Source: Marsupella aquatica (taxonomy: Eukaryota > Plantae > Marchantiophyta). Taken from it: DNA of 64,000 nucleotides. A program made the translations under genes and the position numbers. Below the pieces are notes generated by a model. That model saw only the letters and a list, made by a program, of their open reading frames with translations, had not been told where the DNA came from and made no database searches. The stretch is from contig OZ316894.1 of the NCBI GenBank assembly GCA_973895155.1, forward strand, positions 7,340,234 through 7,404,233, written 5' to 3'. Of the stretch, positions 34,320-47,652 are shown in pieces (position 1 is the stretch's first letter; each line of letters begins with the position of its first letter).

Positions 34320-34610
34320 ATTATAAGGGGGCTCTACAAGAACTAGGCTACACAAATGTTCACCCAACTGAGGTCAAATTCATACACTAAAATTAAAATG
34401 CCTGGGCCAAAATGACATGTGATATTAGCGGGGCTTTACGAAAACTAAGCTGCACAAATGCTCACCAAGTTGCAAAGGTGACGTGAATTGCACACACTAA
34501 AGTTAGCATGCGTGACCCAAAAATGAAAAGTAATATTATAGGGGGGGTTAGGTGAACTAGAGGCACAAATGTTGACTGATTGCAAAGGAGAGGACAATTG
34601 CATACGCATG
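34320..34610. repeat. Degenerate ~105-120-bp direct repeats
   Basis: GGGG..AACTA..CACAAATG recurs near 34340, 34443 and 34555. Confidence 0.55.
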
Positions 34611-37600
34611 GCTGAGCAAAAATAAGTAAGTCTCATTCAAGCAAAGTTAAAGTAGATGCAAGACCCTGATCGATTAGAATTGCACCCCTCCCCCCCCCCC
34701 CAATTCCCCCAAATGGTCCATCCATTTTTGTACAGAAGCACGGAGACATCAGCAAAAGAAGGACCCACATTGTCAAGGGGACCACTGGCTAGGATGGGTA
34801 ATGGTTTGGTCTGATTGTGCCCTGGCCAAGTTTATGTAACGTGAAGTCTGACCTGCTTGCACATTTAAATCGCTAAGATTGCATCTCAGGCAGAGGCGCT
34901 GCTGACTCCTAGTTGCACTACCCTGTTCACCATAATTGTCTTATTCCTAATTAAAGTTTGCCTTTAATTCCCTTGGTCACCTTAATAATCTTCTGAGAGT
35001 GGAACCAGCTTCAACAGAAAATAACACAATTATATTCGGTAAGTTACTTCCCTGACAAAGAGTAATTCCCATCATTCTGTCAAGTCCAACCATTGCTCCA
35101 CAATCACGATCGATACTCCTGTTCTCTCCTGCAGTTTGAGATCTTGCTCATGATGTACATGCAAGCAAGGGGCCTGGTCATCTTTGAAATGGAATCAATT
35201 CATGATGCACATTCAATTGCTCATGATGCACATTCAATTGCTCATGATGCACATGCAAGCATGAATCGATTCCATGTTGATTCGGGCCCATGTTACGCTC
35301 CAAATGTTGAATTGTAAACCTTGCAAATATATAGGTAGGCACAAATGGAAGTAGTATTAGTACCCCAACGTTACTTAATAGACCACTATTAGACAATCAT
35401 GTTAGTCCTTAATTAGGATTGGTAACTATTTGAAGCTTAACATCAAAAACAGTACGCTATATAAAAAAATGTTAGCAAGACCAATTACAATGAACAGTGT
35501 AGGTGTGAGATCATTCTCTCCTTTTCCTCCTTTCTAGGGTTCTGGGTTAATTTTCCCTCTTCTTTTGAGTTTGGGGTTTGTCTTCTCTCCACCTCTTTTG
35601 CTTTCTTTGGCCCTTTTTTAGTAAATTGATCCTTTTTGGAAGAAAATTGAGCTTAGGACTGTCTTTCATTTTCCTAGGGCACTAATAGGGACGAAGCAGC
35701 TGGCACATAGGGAATTAATGACCACTTGACAGACACTTGATCCCTTACCTTACAATAGCCCAAATACGGGGGCTCATGCACAGGAAGGGCTGCCAGTACC
35801 GTGCATGGCTCCCAGTACCCTCGCCAGTAACCCAGACTCCCATGCCTGTCCTCACCTGCCCGTTAACCTGCATAGTCTAAATATGAAAAATCAGAGAAAT
35901 TTGGCCTATGGCTTAACTCATTCTAGCGAGTAGGTATGACAGTAGACTTCCGTTGCAAATTGGTAAATCGAAGGTTCTCCCTTAGTTTTCCTCCGTTGCA
36001 TGTAATGAATATTGAAGGGTGGGGGTGCGTTGGGGGAGGAGGTTGGGCTGCTTTAATTGGAAAATGGGACAAAGTGTGGTACGATGAGGGAGGAAGCAAA
36101 TTATTGGGGTTTTGGTCCTCTTTTCCTGCCCAGCATCCTTCCTACCTGCCCCCTTGTCTCTGTTAGCCTCAGCTCTAGCCCGACTCACCATATCCATTGT
36201 TTCTTCTGTCAATCTTTTGCATCAACCTTTGCATCATATAGTAACACTATTTTTGTACAATTATGATAACACTTAGTGCACTGTGGCACTGACATGAGTT
36301 TGTGGGAAATTGTGGGATAAATTAAAGTGTGGATGTGGGTGGATAATGCATAGAAGGCCCATAATGAGCCATCAACTGGATAGGGTTTCTTTTGCTTGGA
36401 GATGATTTCTAAGCTTGAATGAAATCTAATTATCAAAGGCTACATACACAACTATGCACTACATGGGTATAGTAAAAAGATACTAATTAAATAGAGATTT
36501 TTTCCATATCTAGGACACATTTGTTCTACTATGATTCATTTATTTAGGCCTGAAGTGCATTGCACTATTGTTAATGTGGCCATGTTGTCGGTAATGCAGT
36601 AATGTTTATGCATTGCACAGTAATGTGGAGGTGAGGCAAAGAAGTGCATGTGATGCAAAGATGTATTGTTGTTGGTTAGGCTGTTGGTGCTGCAAAAAGG
36701 TTGTCATACTTGAGAGGGCCAGAGTGTGGGAGGGTCCAAGGGAACACAAGACAGGTGACAACAGCCAGGGCCTGGGGTTTTCATTTCCGATACATAAATT
36801 GAAACTTCATGTGCAACAAAATATAGGATCAACATCCCAGGTGATGAGGAGACCTTCATATAGTGAGACCCCTCATGCCAGGGCATTGTGGGGGCCAGGC
36901 ATAATTGCGCTGTGCTATGTGGAAGGATTATTTTTCCCCTTTATTCACGCCCTTCCTGGCCCCCTATCATATTTTCCCTCCCCAGGCCTTGGCTCCCTTT
37001 CTCTCCTTCTGCTTAATTTGCTCCGTCAATCCCTTGTCAGTCTCTCCTGGGCCCAGCCTCCCAGCCTCCCTTCTCCGCTTTTTCTTCCCTCCAGCACAAT
37101 TATTAAAAAAAGAAAAGAGTAACCAGGGAGAAAAAAACACCGAAATTAAACCAAAGAAAAAAGAAAATTCATTTCCAACATAGCAAAAAGCCGTACCAGT
37201 TGAAGCTCCTAATATGGGGGTTCTCATATAAAATATTTCCCATGTAGTGGCCGGGGTAGTGGCTACATCTAAAAAAGTACTCTTTGTAGCAGATAGTAGA
37301 GCCAGCACATGGATCTCGTATCTACTTTAGAAGCAGGTATATGCCTTAGGCACCCCCTTTCACCCAATCCAATATTTTTCCAGTTTGTAAACAAACACTC
37401 CTTTTTGACCCCTTCGGGGAATCCCTTATTATAGTAGTTGAACATTCTTGGGGGAATCCCTAATTATAGTGGTTGATGATGTGTCCCACCTGTATGTGTC
37501 AAAATTACGATAAAGTCAGACAGCTACACAACTAGACATTCTCCTTAGTGACATGCACATGGACTGATTCAGTTTGGGTCGGATCAAAGTCAATCAGGTA

Positions 37601-40600
37601 CAAGTCTTCACATGGGTTCTCTATTGGTAGATATTAGGATTGTTGTAGGTGGTGCGTTGTATTACCTAGTGTTTGTGAGGAGCTTTACCAGCAAGTGCGT
37701 TTGACTCGTGTGGGGAAGATGCTGAAAAAAATTGAACCCTAGATGGACCTCCAATTTTGCCAAAACTACTGCAACCAGGATGGACACAGGCATCTTCACA
37801 AATATGACAGAAAACAATAGAGTCATCGTTGTAGCTATGCTGATTCTTTATATAAGTTGGAGATATTAGACTCATTCGAAAGATCTTTCCAAACAGCTTC
37901 TAATGAACCGAAGAACAGCCAAATCAGTTGGATATAGAGGGATTATCAGAAGGTTGAGGTTGAGGTCAAAGTTTGAGAAAGTCAATTATGATCAGCAAAC
38001 TAATTTCCCCGATCGTGCCTGGAAGAATGTCAATCCAGGATCGACTGAGCTTGTCCGCAGGCAGAGCATTGTTGAATGTAGGAAAGTCCATCATTAGTCC
38101 GCGTACTGGGCGGCTGCACACAGAGAATGACATTTCTCTCTTCGAGCTGCCCTATAGGGAATGGCATTGCTTTCAATATACTGTACGTACGTCAATTGGG
38201 AACGGCGTTGATGTCTGTAGGCAACTTTACACTAGTCCAATCGCCTACCGTTCTTGTAGCATTGGTTAAATAATGTGTTATTACATTTCTCACGGGGCCG
38301 AAGAATTGCAATTCCTTCTCAGGCAGTTATGCAGAGTTTCAATACATGGCGACGAATCACCGATTGTCTTGCTAGCAGACAACAAGATATTTGGTCGCGA
38401 GATAATGAGCTACGTTAACTGACAACTCCACATGTCCGCACGTCAAGGGATCCCACCCTGAAATTAGCAGCAAGGTTTGTGAGAGGCTCTGGACGCATGC
38501 CTGTCTGTTGACTGTTTCAGTGTGATTGTGTGGTGGAGGGTCTCGTGTTACAGGTCCAGATTGTCCACCGTCGTAAGTACTTGGACTTAGACTTGGTATG
38601 GACAGGAAATTGCTGCTTTCTTACATTCTTGGCTTACGGATACAGATGAAAGCATTAACGTCGTATGAACTCTTCATTCAACTAAACGGTGAACAGGTCT
38701 AAGGTTGCTGGCCCGTCTCCGGATGGCAACGACAATTTCTTGTGTGCTTAGTTCATTGCGGCGGGGAGACTGAGGTGGATCTCCGAAACCCTGTACGTTA
38801 ACGTTCAATCCCTTCAGTGCTAAGCCAAGGAGGAAGCTTCAAGAAATAGTCTTCGTGACTAGACAATACAGCGACAATCATGTTCGGTGTTGATTGAATT
38901 GCCTGGTTATTTTTCGATAGGTTGAAATCATAACTAGATTATCAAACAAAGTTGTTATAACATACCAATCTCAACTTACTCTTCTCTTCTTGATTTCTTA
39001 AGAAATCAAATTGAAAATTCATTCTTGATTTCTTACAAGAAATTAATGTCTGAATTTAATTACTGAGAGTATATACGACCCAAATCTTATCTCATTTTCT
39101 CAAATGGACCACCATGTTGGACAGAGTGCTCTGGTGGTCCATGTGAATTTTGGACTTATAACTTAAGTGATTATGAGTCTTAAAATTACGACTCCACATG
39201 ATTCCAGATGAATGAAATCAATCTAAAGAAGTTAACCCTCCACATTCCATGATGAATGACTCAACCAAAATGGCCAGAAATTCACTGTCCAACTTGACAC
39301 TATCATATAGTTATTATTAATTATGTACAAAAATACAATAATAAATAGTAGGATGGCTTATTACTAGGTCTAAGGGAGTAGTTGTGTAAGCTAGCCATCT
39401 TACCACTTAAAATAACTTGGATTGGGGTAAGTTCAATTCTCTTAGCCGTGGATCATCCACGAGTTTCAATAAAAGGTTAAAACGATAGACATGCCCCGAT
39501 CAAGGCCCCGATACGTGCCACCTAAATGGTGCAGTACTTCTCTATACAAATTGACTCCGGAGGACAACGATGTGATAATGTGGAAGAATTGTAGGTACAG
39601 AAACTTCATTAATTGGATAGTTGATCCTGTTATGCAGGCTAGGTGATTGAGGAAAAAACGCCACAACAGGAAATGACAATCTCGGGTGCAATTGATGATT
39701 GAAATAGTCTTTCGGCGGAGTGAAGCTAAGTAATGGGACCCCAAAATACTCCAGGAATATCAGAGGATAGGGCAATCGAGTAGCGAGACAAATAAAATAC
39801 GGTAAGAGGGACGGAGGGAAGTTCTTTACAGCACGAGACAAACTGGACTCTGGAGAGGTCTCCGACCCCTTAGTCACGGACCCGGTCTGCATTAATTGTT
39901 GTGACTGCAGAACTAGTGACCTGCACTGGATTGGTGTCCGAAAAAAGTCTTGAGAGGGGGGCCATACAAATTGCATTTTTGGCTGCCGATATTGATGATC
40001 CATATGAAAACTGCCACAACGCAGTGTGACTTCAACCTGATAGTCGGAATCTTGGAACCTGAAAGGTGAGTCGGAGCACACTCGCGGCAAAGACGGAGAT
40101 TAGGAATTTCGGTAGCATTGCATTTGTTTCAGGTAGAAAAGAAAAAGAGTATTTGCTTAGATGATGTAATCCATTTCAATGAACTTCTCAAAAACTATGC
40201 TAGAATTTCGTCCTTATTTTGTTTCCAAGTAATAAGTTAAGTAGAATAATTATGAAGCTCAGGATAATTACCTATAGGACTTTCTTACCATCGGAACACA
40301 GGGATCAAGAAGTCTTGCTTCTCAGCAGTCAGGGATCAAGAAGTCTTGCTCCTCAGCAGGGATCAAGCCTGTGCTCGGGCTAGATTACTCCATGACATTG
40401 TTAAACAGCTGAGCTGGACTCGTCCATGTCCCAGGTCTTCACCAAAGGAGCCGTGTCAAATTGCAATTCTGTGAAAGATCATGAACACTAGACACCTATA
40501 ATTACTTAGTGTCTCAGATTACGAGATGAGCTGCAGATTACGAGATGAGCTGGACGAGATGAACCAAATAACACGTTGACTTCAGTAAATGAAAGGGCTA

Positions 40601-43050
40601 GCCTTCGATCGTTGCTGACCATGTACGTGATCTCCTGACAATTTCAGCATGAAAATTGTTACCCTTAGCTAGCTGTATGTGCTGCTGCAGTTGATAACTA
40701 AGACTGAACCGTTCACGAAATGGACAATGAATGATCCTAAACATGCACTGAGCTGTGAGCCTGTGACCCTACGGCTCCCATTGGATTCTAGCTGATTGAG
40801 CTAGTCACGATCGGCCACATGCCGTCCCAGTGACACTTACGGGAGTGAAGAGTACTTGGCATGCAACTTGCTTGTACGTGGACAGTTCTGGACTTCTGGG
40901 GAAGTAGTCTGCCGTAGTGGTGGTGGACTGTGTCTGTTTGCCTGAAACCATCAGAACAATAAGACCTTTTCGTTCGTCGTCACAAATGGGGACCAAATTC
41001 AACACAAGAGACAGAGATTGCGTGAACACCAAAGTAGCAGTCAAAAGATCAAGACGATGCGTCCGGGCGTGGTCCAAATCATCCAAGGATCCAAATCCCT
41101 CAGGCAAGAATCGCAGCACAATTTGAACGACAATTGCTAGCTAGTACTGATGCAGCGCGCAAACTGTTAGAAAATGGTATACCGTCCAGTTTAGTGCATG
41201 GTCTAAATTAGACCATCAGGTGAACTATTTAGCAGGTAGGAGCAAGATGCCAACGTCTCTAGTAGATAGGTGCCCATCATCTCTAATAGGTATGAGTGAA
41301 TTGAGTAATTCTAGTATGACTTGACCAGGAACCCACCCCATGCATAAGGTCTCATGATCGTTCTCAATGTTACACATTTTTGAGTTCGTGCATTGGATAG
41401 GAAGGGACGCCGCTTCAAAGCAAGAGATAACTTGGAGGTCTCACCTTAGAGGAACGAATAAATTTCCTTACCATCGGAGTACATGGACCTGCCCTGACAC
41501 TAAGCCGACGGAGAAATCCTTAGGTCAAAGAATAGAAGGACGGACAGTCTTCACTGTCGGGATGAATTCGAGATAAGGCAGAGATCACCCAGTGTCATGA
41601 TTGCACAATTGTTGTTATGGGTATGTGAGCATTCCAGCTATGTTGTTGTTGGTGTGGCAACGCTTGTGCATTGAGCAGAACATCAAATCAGGTAAAGTGC
41701 ATTGCCTGTCAAAGTGAGGCAAAGTGGTGAAGCTAGTGAGGAATTAAGTGTTGTTGTTTTGACAGCTTACGACCAGAACATAAACCAAGACACTTCAAAT
41801 CACTTTGTTTGTGGATCATAAATATAATGTTTATGTTTTGGCATACCAAACCCATTAATTAACTTGACGGAGACTTACCATGAAGTGTTGTTTTGGTTTG
41901 TGTAGTTTTGTTTGACAGTGTTGCTTGTATAGTCATGTAGTGGTTGCACATTTCTCTGGCATTTTGATCAATAGTGCTGTGGCAAAAGGAAGGATGGGGG
42001 GAGAGCAAGACGGGATGAGGCTCCTAGGCACAGTTGTGCGATGTAACGTGGAGGGAGAATGTGTTCTCGTTTTTTTTATTCCCTCTCACATGCTCTTCCC
42101 CCCTGCCCTTCCCTCTTCCTGCTCTCCCCCTCCCTCTTGCTCCCTGGACGTATGAGAGCAATGCCCATGCATTGCATAGCTGCCATTGTGGCCATGTTGT
42201 TGTTCTGAAAGTGTCACTTGTCATTGCTGCCTCTATTGTTGGTGCAATTGCGTAGTTCTTGTGGAAGTCGTTATCATTGCAATGTCCAAAAAAGTTGGCA
42301 TTGCATGAAATGTGGTGTATGGTAAGATTGTGGGGTACCACAGGAAGCAAAACAACAGTACCTTGATCAAAGCTGAGATATCTGAAAAAGGGCAAAGATA
42401 TCAGTAAAATTTAGTTGAGCAAACTTAGTCCAAAAAGGCTTGGCCACTTTCAAAATGATTATTTGGGACTTTCAAAAAGTTTGGACCTAACCTTTCAATC
42501 TCAATCAAACAGCCTGCATCCCAGGTATGAAATGTTTGGTATTTTTTATCCTCTAGTGGTTTATTTCTAAGGAATTATATGGATATTCTTTGAGTACCCT
42601 TCAAGCTTGTTATCTGCCATGTGTGTTATTAAATGTTGTCAAAGGCGATGCAAAAAGAGATCATGCAAGATGCAAAATAATGTGTTAGAAGAGTTGGGAT
42701 AACATGTTTAGGCTGATGTTTTTCATGAAGTCAAAGTGTCATGCCAAAAGACAATGATAATCACCTTTTCCTTGCCCCCTTCTTGTCTTTTCCCAAACTT
42801 ATCCTGTTTTAATTTTCATTTGCCCTACTGGTTTCTCTTTTGTCATTTCTGTTTTGTTTTCTCTACCCCCTTTTATTTCCCCTCCTGGCATACCGGCGGG
42901 CCTTCAGTACTACTGGAGGAGTATGTGCGCACAAGTCCAATTTAGGATTCAGGAAATGATACAAGTCCCTGGAATGTCATAAATATCCTCCACTATTTTG
43001 AATCAATGGCTTGTTTGATTCACAATCTTTTAGAAGCCAAACTGGCTTAG

Positions 43051-43120
43051 GTCAGTTGGCCTGGCAGTTGGCTAGGGGATTAGCCTGGAACTTAAAGGTC
43101 CCAGGTTCAATCCACCCTCC
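43051..43120 (+). mobile_element. Possible tRNA-derived SINE head
   Basis: A-box-like TGGCCTGGCAGTTGG followed by B-box-like GGTCCCAGGTTCAATCC at tRNA-like spacing. No complete cloverleaf. Confidence 0.4.
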
Positions 43121-43304
43121 ACACACAAGGGTGTGGCTTGTGTGTGGGGGGGGGGATGGGTTTTGTGGGTAGTAGATGGGAGTCCTAATCATCAACTTGG
43201 CCCCTGGTTGTCCACTTTGTCGCCTTGCTTTCATCCTCTCTCCCTTCTAGTGCAAGAGAGTGCTTGTCAGATCCATGGGGGCTCACGCTGAACTGTCACT
43301 ATTA

Positions 43305-44092
43305 GGATGGGGAGAGTCTACTAAATGTTCTTCCTCATTTCCGTTCGATCACAATGAATGTACGTCCTAAAATGTAAGAAAAAATATTTATTTATTAGCC
43401 TATAAAGTTAGAATATTCTTGGAATATTCCAAAATTTTGATTAAAATAATGTTCTTATGATTCTCAAAAATCAATTTACAAGACCCTACTGTTCTTTAGA
43501 GAAAATTATTAAGTTTTCCTCTAGAATCAATAAAACCACCCTATCCTTCGCCCCACATGATATTTCATTTTAGTAGAAGTGAAACCCCCAAGGGTGGGGA
43601 GAGTCTACTAAATGTTCTTCCTCATTTCCTTTTGATCACACTCACCCTTAAATGGGATCCCTACAATGATTGTATGTCACTATTGGGGTGAGGAGATTAA
43701 GAATGAAAGGCAAGATTGAGGCCGGGATCGAGGCTAATCAAGGCTAATATTCAATGTGATTAGCATTGATTAGCCCCGTACGTGACTGCCCACTGCCCAG
43801 TATTTCTGACGTGAGTATGTGGGTAAATACCTAGAGCGAATCAGTCTGGACACCAACTGCCCCAAGGCTGGATGGTAGAGCAGCAAGTGCGGGCAGCGGG
43901 CGAAGAAATCGTACGGGAGGCTCATTATGAGCCTCGATCTTGTCTTTTGTGGTGAATGTGAGGAGAGTCTATTGAGTGTTCTTCCTCATAAATTTAAGTT
44001 AGATCATGCTCACCCTTAAATGGGATCCCTACAATGAATGTATGTCCTATTGGGGTGGAGACTGAGTCTATTAAGTGTTCTTCCTCATTTCA
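43305..44092. repeat. Local imperfect repeats, with a small inverted-repeat-bounded insert (43706-43947)
   Basis: GAGAGTCTACTAAATGTTCTTCCTCAT-like x4 and CTCACCCTTAAATGGGATCCCTACAATG x2. AAAGGCAAGATTGAGGC / GCCTCGATCTTGTCTTT form an inverted pair. Confidence 0.65.
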
Positions 44093-44663
44093 GTTCAAGA
44101 CAAAGAAGCCAAATGTTGTCTATTGGAAAATGACATATGGGGACAAATTGGGGGCAACACTTTGCAATGCCATAAGCAATGAGGAGAGTACAGAGATACA
44201 AGTCACCAAAAACTTATGAATTATTGTGTTAAGGTGGTTCATAGAAAATTAATCTCAAGTCTAAACAAAATGATAATTCATTATTCTTCTTCACATTGGA
44301 ATCTTTGTTAGGGGGAAACACTACAAGACAAGCAACTTTTTGTGTCTTTATTGTGATGAATCCTTGCACCTGTAGGTATCTTAAAAAATGTGTTTTGATG
44401 ATTTATCTATATGGCATGTTCATCCTAATACATGCCTATTTTGATTTATCCAAAAAAAATTGAAACAACTATTATAAGAGTTCATGTGAGGAGACATGTT
44501 AATTTGACTAGTTTATGAAAATGACGTATTGAAGTAATGATTACATAAAAGTTAATGGAAAACCTGCACACATTTTAAAAAGTGAGAGAAGTGCAATATC
44601 TTATGGGTGAGACAAGTACATTAATTTGAGGGTACTAGTCAATGTACCTATACAGGTAGGTAC

Positions 44664-45013
44664 TGTTAGATATTGCTCTAGTCTTGTGACTTATGAGTTA
44701 ACTACAGTTAGGCTAACTCGGGTTAGGACTTAGCTAATTAATGTTAGTGGTGTAGTGTTGTTGTGCATATAGCCAAGGCTGATGCCAGACCCTGGTGGAA
44801 CTTAGGCTCATTGTTACGGAGCTAGTTGAGAGATAGGGAGAGCTTGTGCTGTGGATGCTTGGTATGGCCGGTCGGCCTAGAGTGTAGTAAAGCTCTTGTG
44901 TGTTCCCGTGGACGTAGCCTCATGTGGAGGTGAACCACGTATCTCTCTGTGTTGACTATTGTGTGTTGGATGGTTCATGGGCTTGCCGTTGCAAATGTCG
45001 TCTATGCTCAACA
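44664..45013 (+). mobile_element. Copia-type solo LTR, 350 bp
   Basis: TGTTAG...CTCAACA with TSD GGTAC on both sides; contains CCCGTGGACGTAG...GAACCACGTA, typical of plant Copia LTRs. Confidence 0.88.
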
Positions 45014-47652
45014 GGTACTTCATGATTCAAAGAAGAGTGTGTTAACTTTTTTTTCAGATTTTCTCCTCTATTTGGTGGGGTTCTTTAGGTGACACATGGT
45101 GATCAATAAACCATGAACATTGTAAACTTTATCATCAATGCCATGTAAGCTGCACTCCATGAATCAACAGAGGAGCCTACCCCTCCTCTGCAAGCAAGGA
45201 AAAATGCAGTAAAATATAGGGAACTTAATGAAAACTAACTGAATGAAAAAATTTTAAGGGGCTACCAAAAATGAATAAATTCTAAATGTACATGGCTAAA
45301 GCATATATTAAGCATGATTAACATAAAAATACATTGTAACCAATTTGAATTAGACAAACATAGCCAAAGAGTGTCCCACCATATAGCAGCCTCACAATGT
45401 TTTTTTGATAATTCATCTTAATACCAGAGTCAAGACCAAAGTCTTCAAGGCTTTTTTAATCCTTTCATTGGGGGAGGTTGCTTAAGTTGGAGCAACCTTA
45501 CAGTGGGTAATGATTTATCACATTGCTTTGATCAATTGCTTATGCGTGGCGAGATGCGTGGGGTCCTGCGTGGGGTTATTTTGGAATCCCGAACAGCTAA
45601 TAGCTCCTTAAAAGTGAGAACTATTGTTTATTGATGAACTGAAATGGTAACTTAATTTTGTGTTTACTTTATACAACTTCTTTCCATTGTTATATATAAT
45701 TTTAATATAATAAAAATATTTAATAAATTAATAATATGCATTTGGGAATTTCTGGAAACAAAAAGTCACACTATTACCCAAATAGGTGTTTAATTGAGCT
45801 TCATTTCTTCTTCTGTCGGTTAGCAAACCCTTTCTGGAGTTTTGGTCAGTCTATAAATTAAGCTGAAGAAACATTAAATTATGGTCCAAAAACAAGTGTA
45901 GTGCAATATGATGCCTAGCCATACTTGCCCATCTAAAACCCACTCTGCTATATGACAAGTGCACACAGGTCAGGTGGACTTCACATATCACTATAAACCC
46001 AGGTATGCTTGATAAAACCCCTAGCAAATCATTTTTAGGTCATGGGCCCCTATAAAACTTTTGTTACCTACTAGGACTCCTGGGAAATGTTTTGTACCTA
46101 CTTCAATCCCTCTTAATGAGCAATACATGATGTTCTTCTGAATGGAGGAACTACACAATTTTTGGCCTCAGCTTACCACATTGTTGTGCAGATTTGTTCT
46201 ATAATTTACCAAGTTGCTTTGAATGTGGTCAGGGTCGCCCTTTGCAATTTCCTACAGTTTACTAACAAAGTCTTTTGCTGTCTTTAATTTGGTGAAGACA
46301 TTATGGTTTGATATGTTCACAAATCAATTAGGGTTCAATAGTGGCACTTCCATCTTGTTGGTGTTAGGGGCCATCATTGTCTTGTCATGGATTTCTTGAC
46401 AAATTAAAGCAGGTTTGTTGGGCTCTCCATGCTATAGGGACTTCCCCTACATCTCAATCAATTTAATGCATTTTGAAAAAGTTCCAAATGATAATAGCAG
46501 GGATTATAGAAGCTTTGCATTGTGATGCCTTGCCAGGATCACGGAGTACTAGTTAAGCCTAAAATAATGGCTAAATAAAGGTCAGTTAGATAGTATAAGG
46601 TAGAAATAAGACTGAAGCCGATTACAACGTGTTAAGGGGGAGTAATGCGATCGGGAAGGATCCAACGGTCAAGATCAGGTGGGATTAGGGTTATGACCTA
46701 ATCCAGGCCTGATCATGCAAGCCATTAGAAGGCGGCTTCGCGGGGAGGGGACCAACACTCCGTCTACTCGCTCATTTTTCATGTACAACCGGGACCTTGG
46801 GAGGCGGAAGCAGCTGACAGTCGATCGAAGGAGGTGGGTGAGGAATTGCTCGAGCTCCTCTTTATTTTGGTGGAATGACCACGGTGAATCAAGCGACCAA
46901 GTTTTGGGGCTGTTTGCTGGAAGAAGCATGGCAGCTCATACCAACTTACAAAGACGTCAAGCCGGAACGCTCAGCAAGGGAACGGGCGGAGCTTGCGCGG
47001 TTATGGGGAATTCATAAGACGGCTTTTGTGGGAACTGAGGAGGTGCTAGAGAAATTCTTATGGATTCCCACCAGTGCCGAGCTTGACGAGTTGCTGATCA
47101 AGGAGAATTGTGTCGTTGGAATTTGGGAGGCGATCAAGAACGCTGGGCAGCCAGTGTGGGAGTTGAAGGATCACACTTCGGCTTGGACCAAGGAAGCCAT
47201 TCTTGGAGAGTCTTCAGGGACAGAAGATGTAAGTAGTGGGTAATTCCAAAAGTAGGAAGAAACTGAAAATTTTTAAATTTTCTATGGTGTTTAAACTATA
47301 ATTATTGCTAACATAGCGGAGATAGCATTATGTCTACAAGTTATGGGTTCCCAATTCTAAGTTACGAGTAAACTCCTGTTTACAAGTTTACTAGTTACTA
47401 GTTAATAGTATCCTGGGTTACTAGTTTACTAGTTAAGGCTTTACGAGTTGTGCCTTGCGAGTTGGCGACCGATGATCGCGACGTCTCATGGCTACCTTCA
47501 ACGGGACTTAGCAACGGGATGGCAAGCGCGTATTGAAGTAAAGGCAAGCTAGGTAGACCTCGGGCGCTCACTCCTGACTAAATCCCTGCCTCCTCCATTG
47601 ATTCTCTCGGCCTCCCCATTTCTTTGCGCTACTACAAGAAACAATTTGAGCT

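Noticed and set aside
43051-43125. Functional tRNA gene
   Set aside because: Only A/B-box-like motifs; no acceptor stem or cloverleaf.
44319-44345. CACTACAAGA, a CACTA-type terminus
   Set aside because: No partner TCTTGTAGTG end or 3-bp TSD was found, so no element can be delimited.
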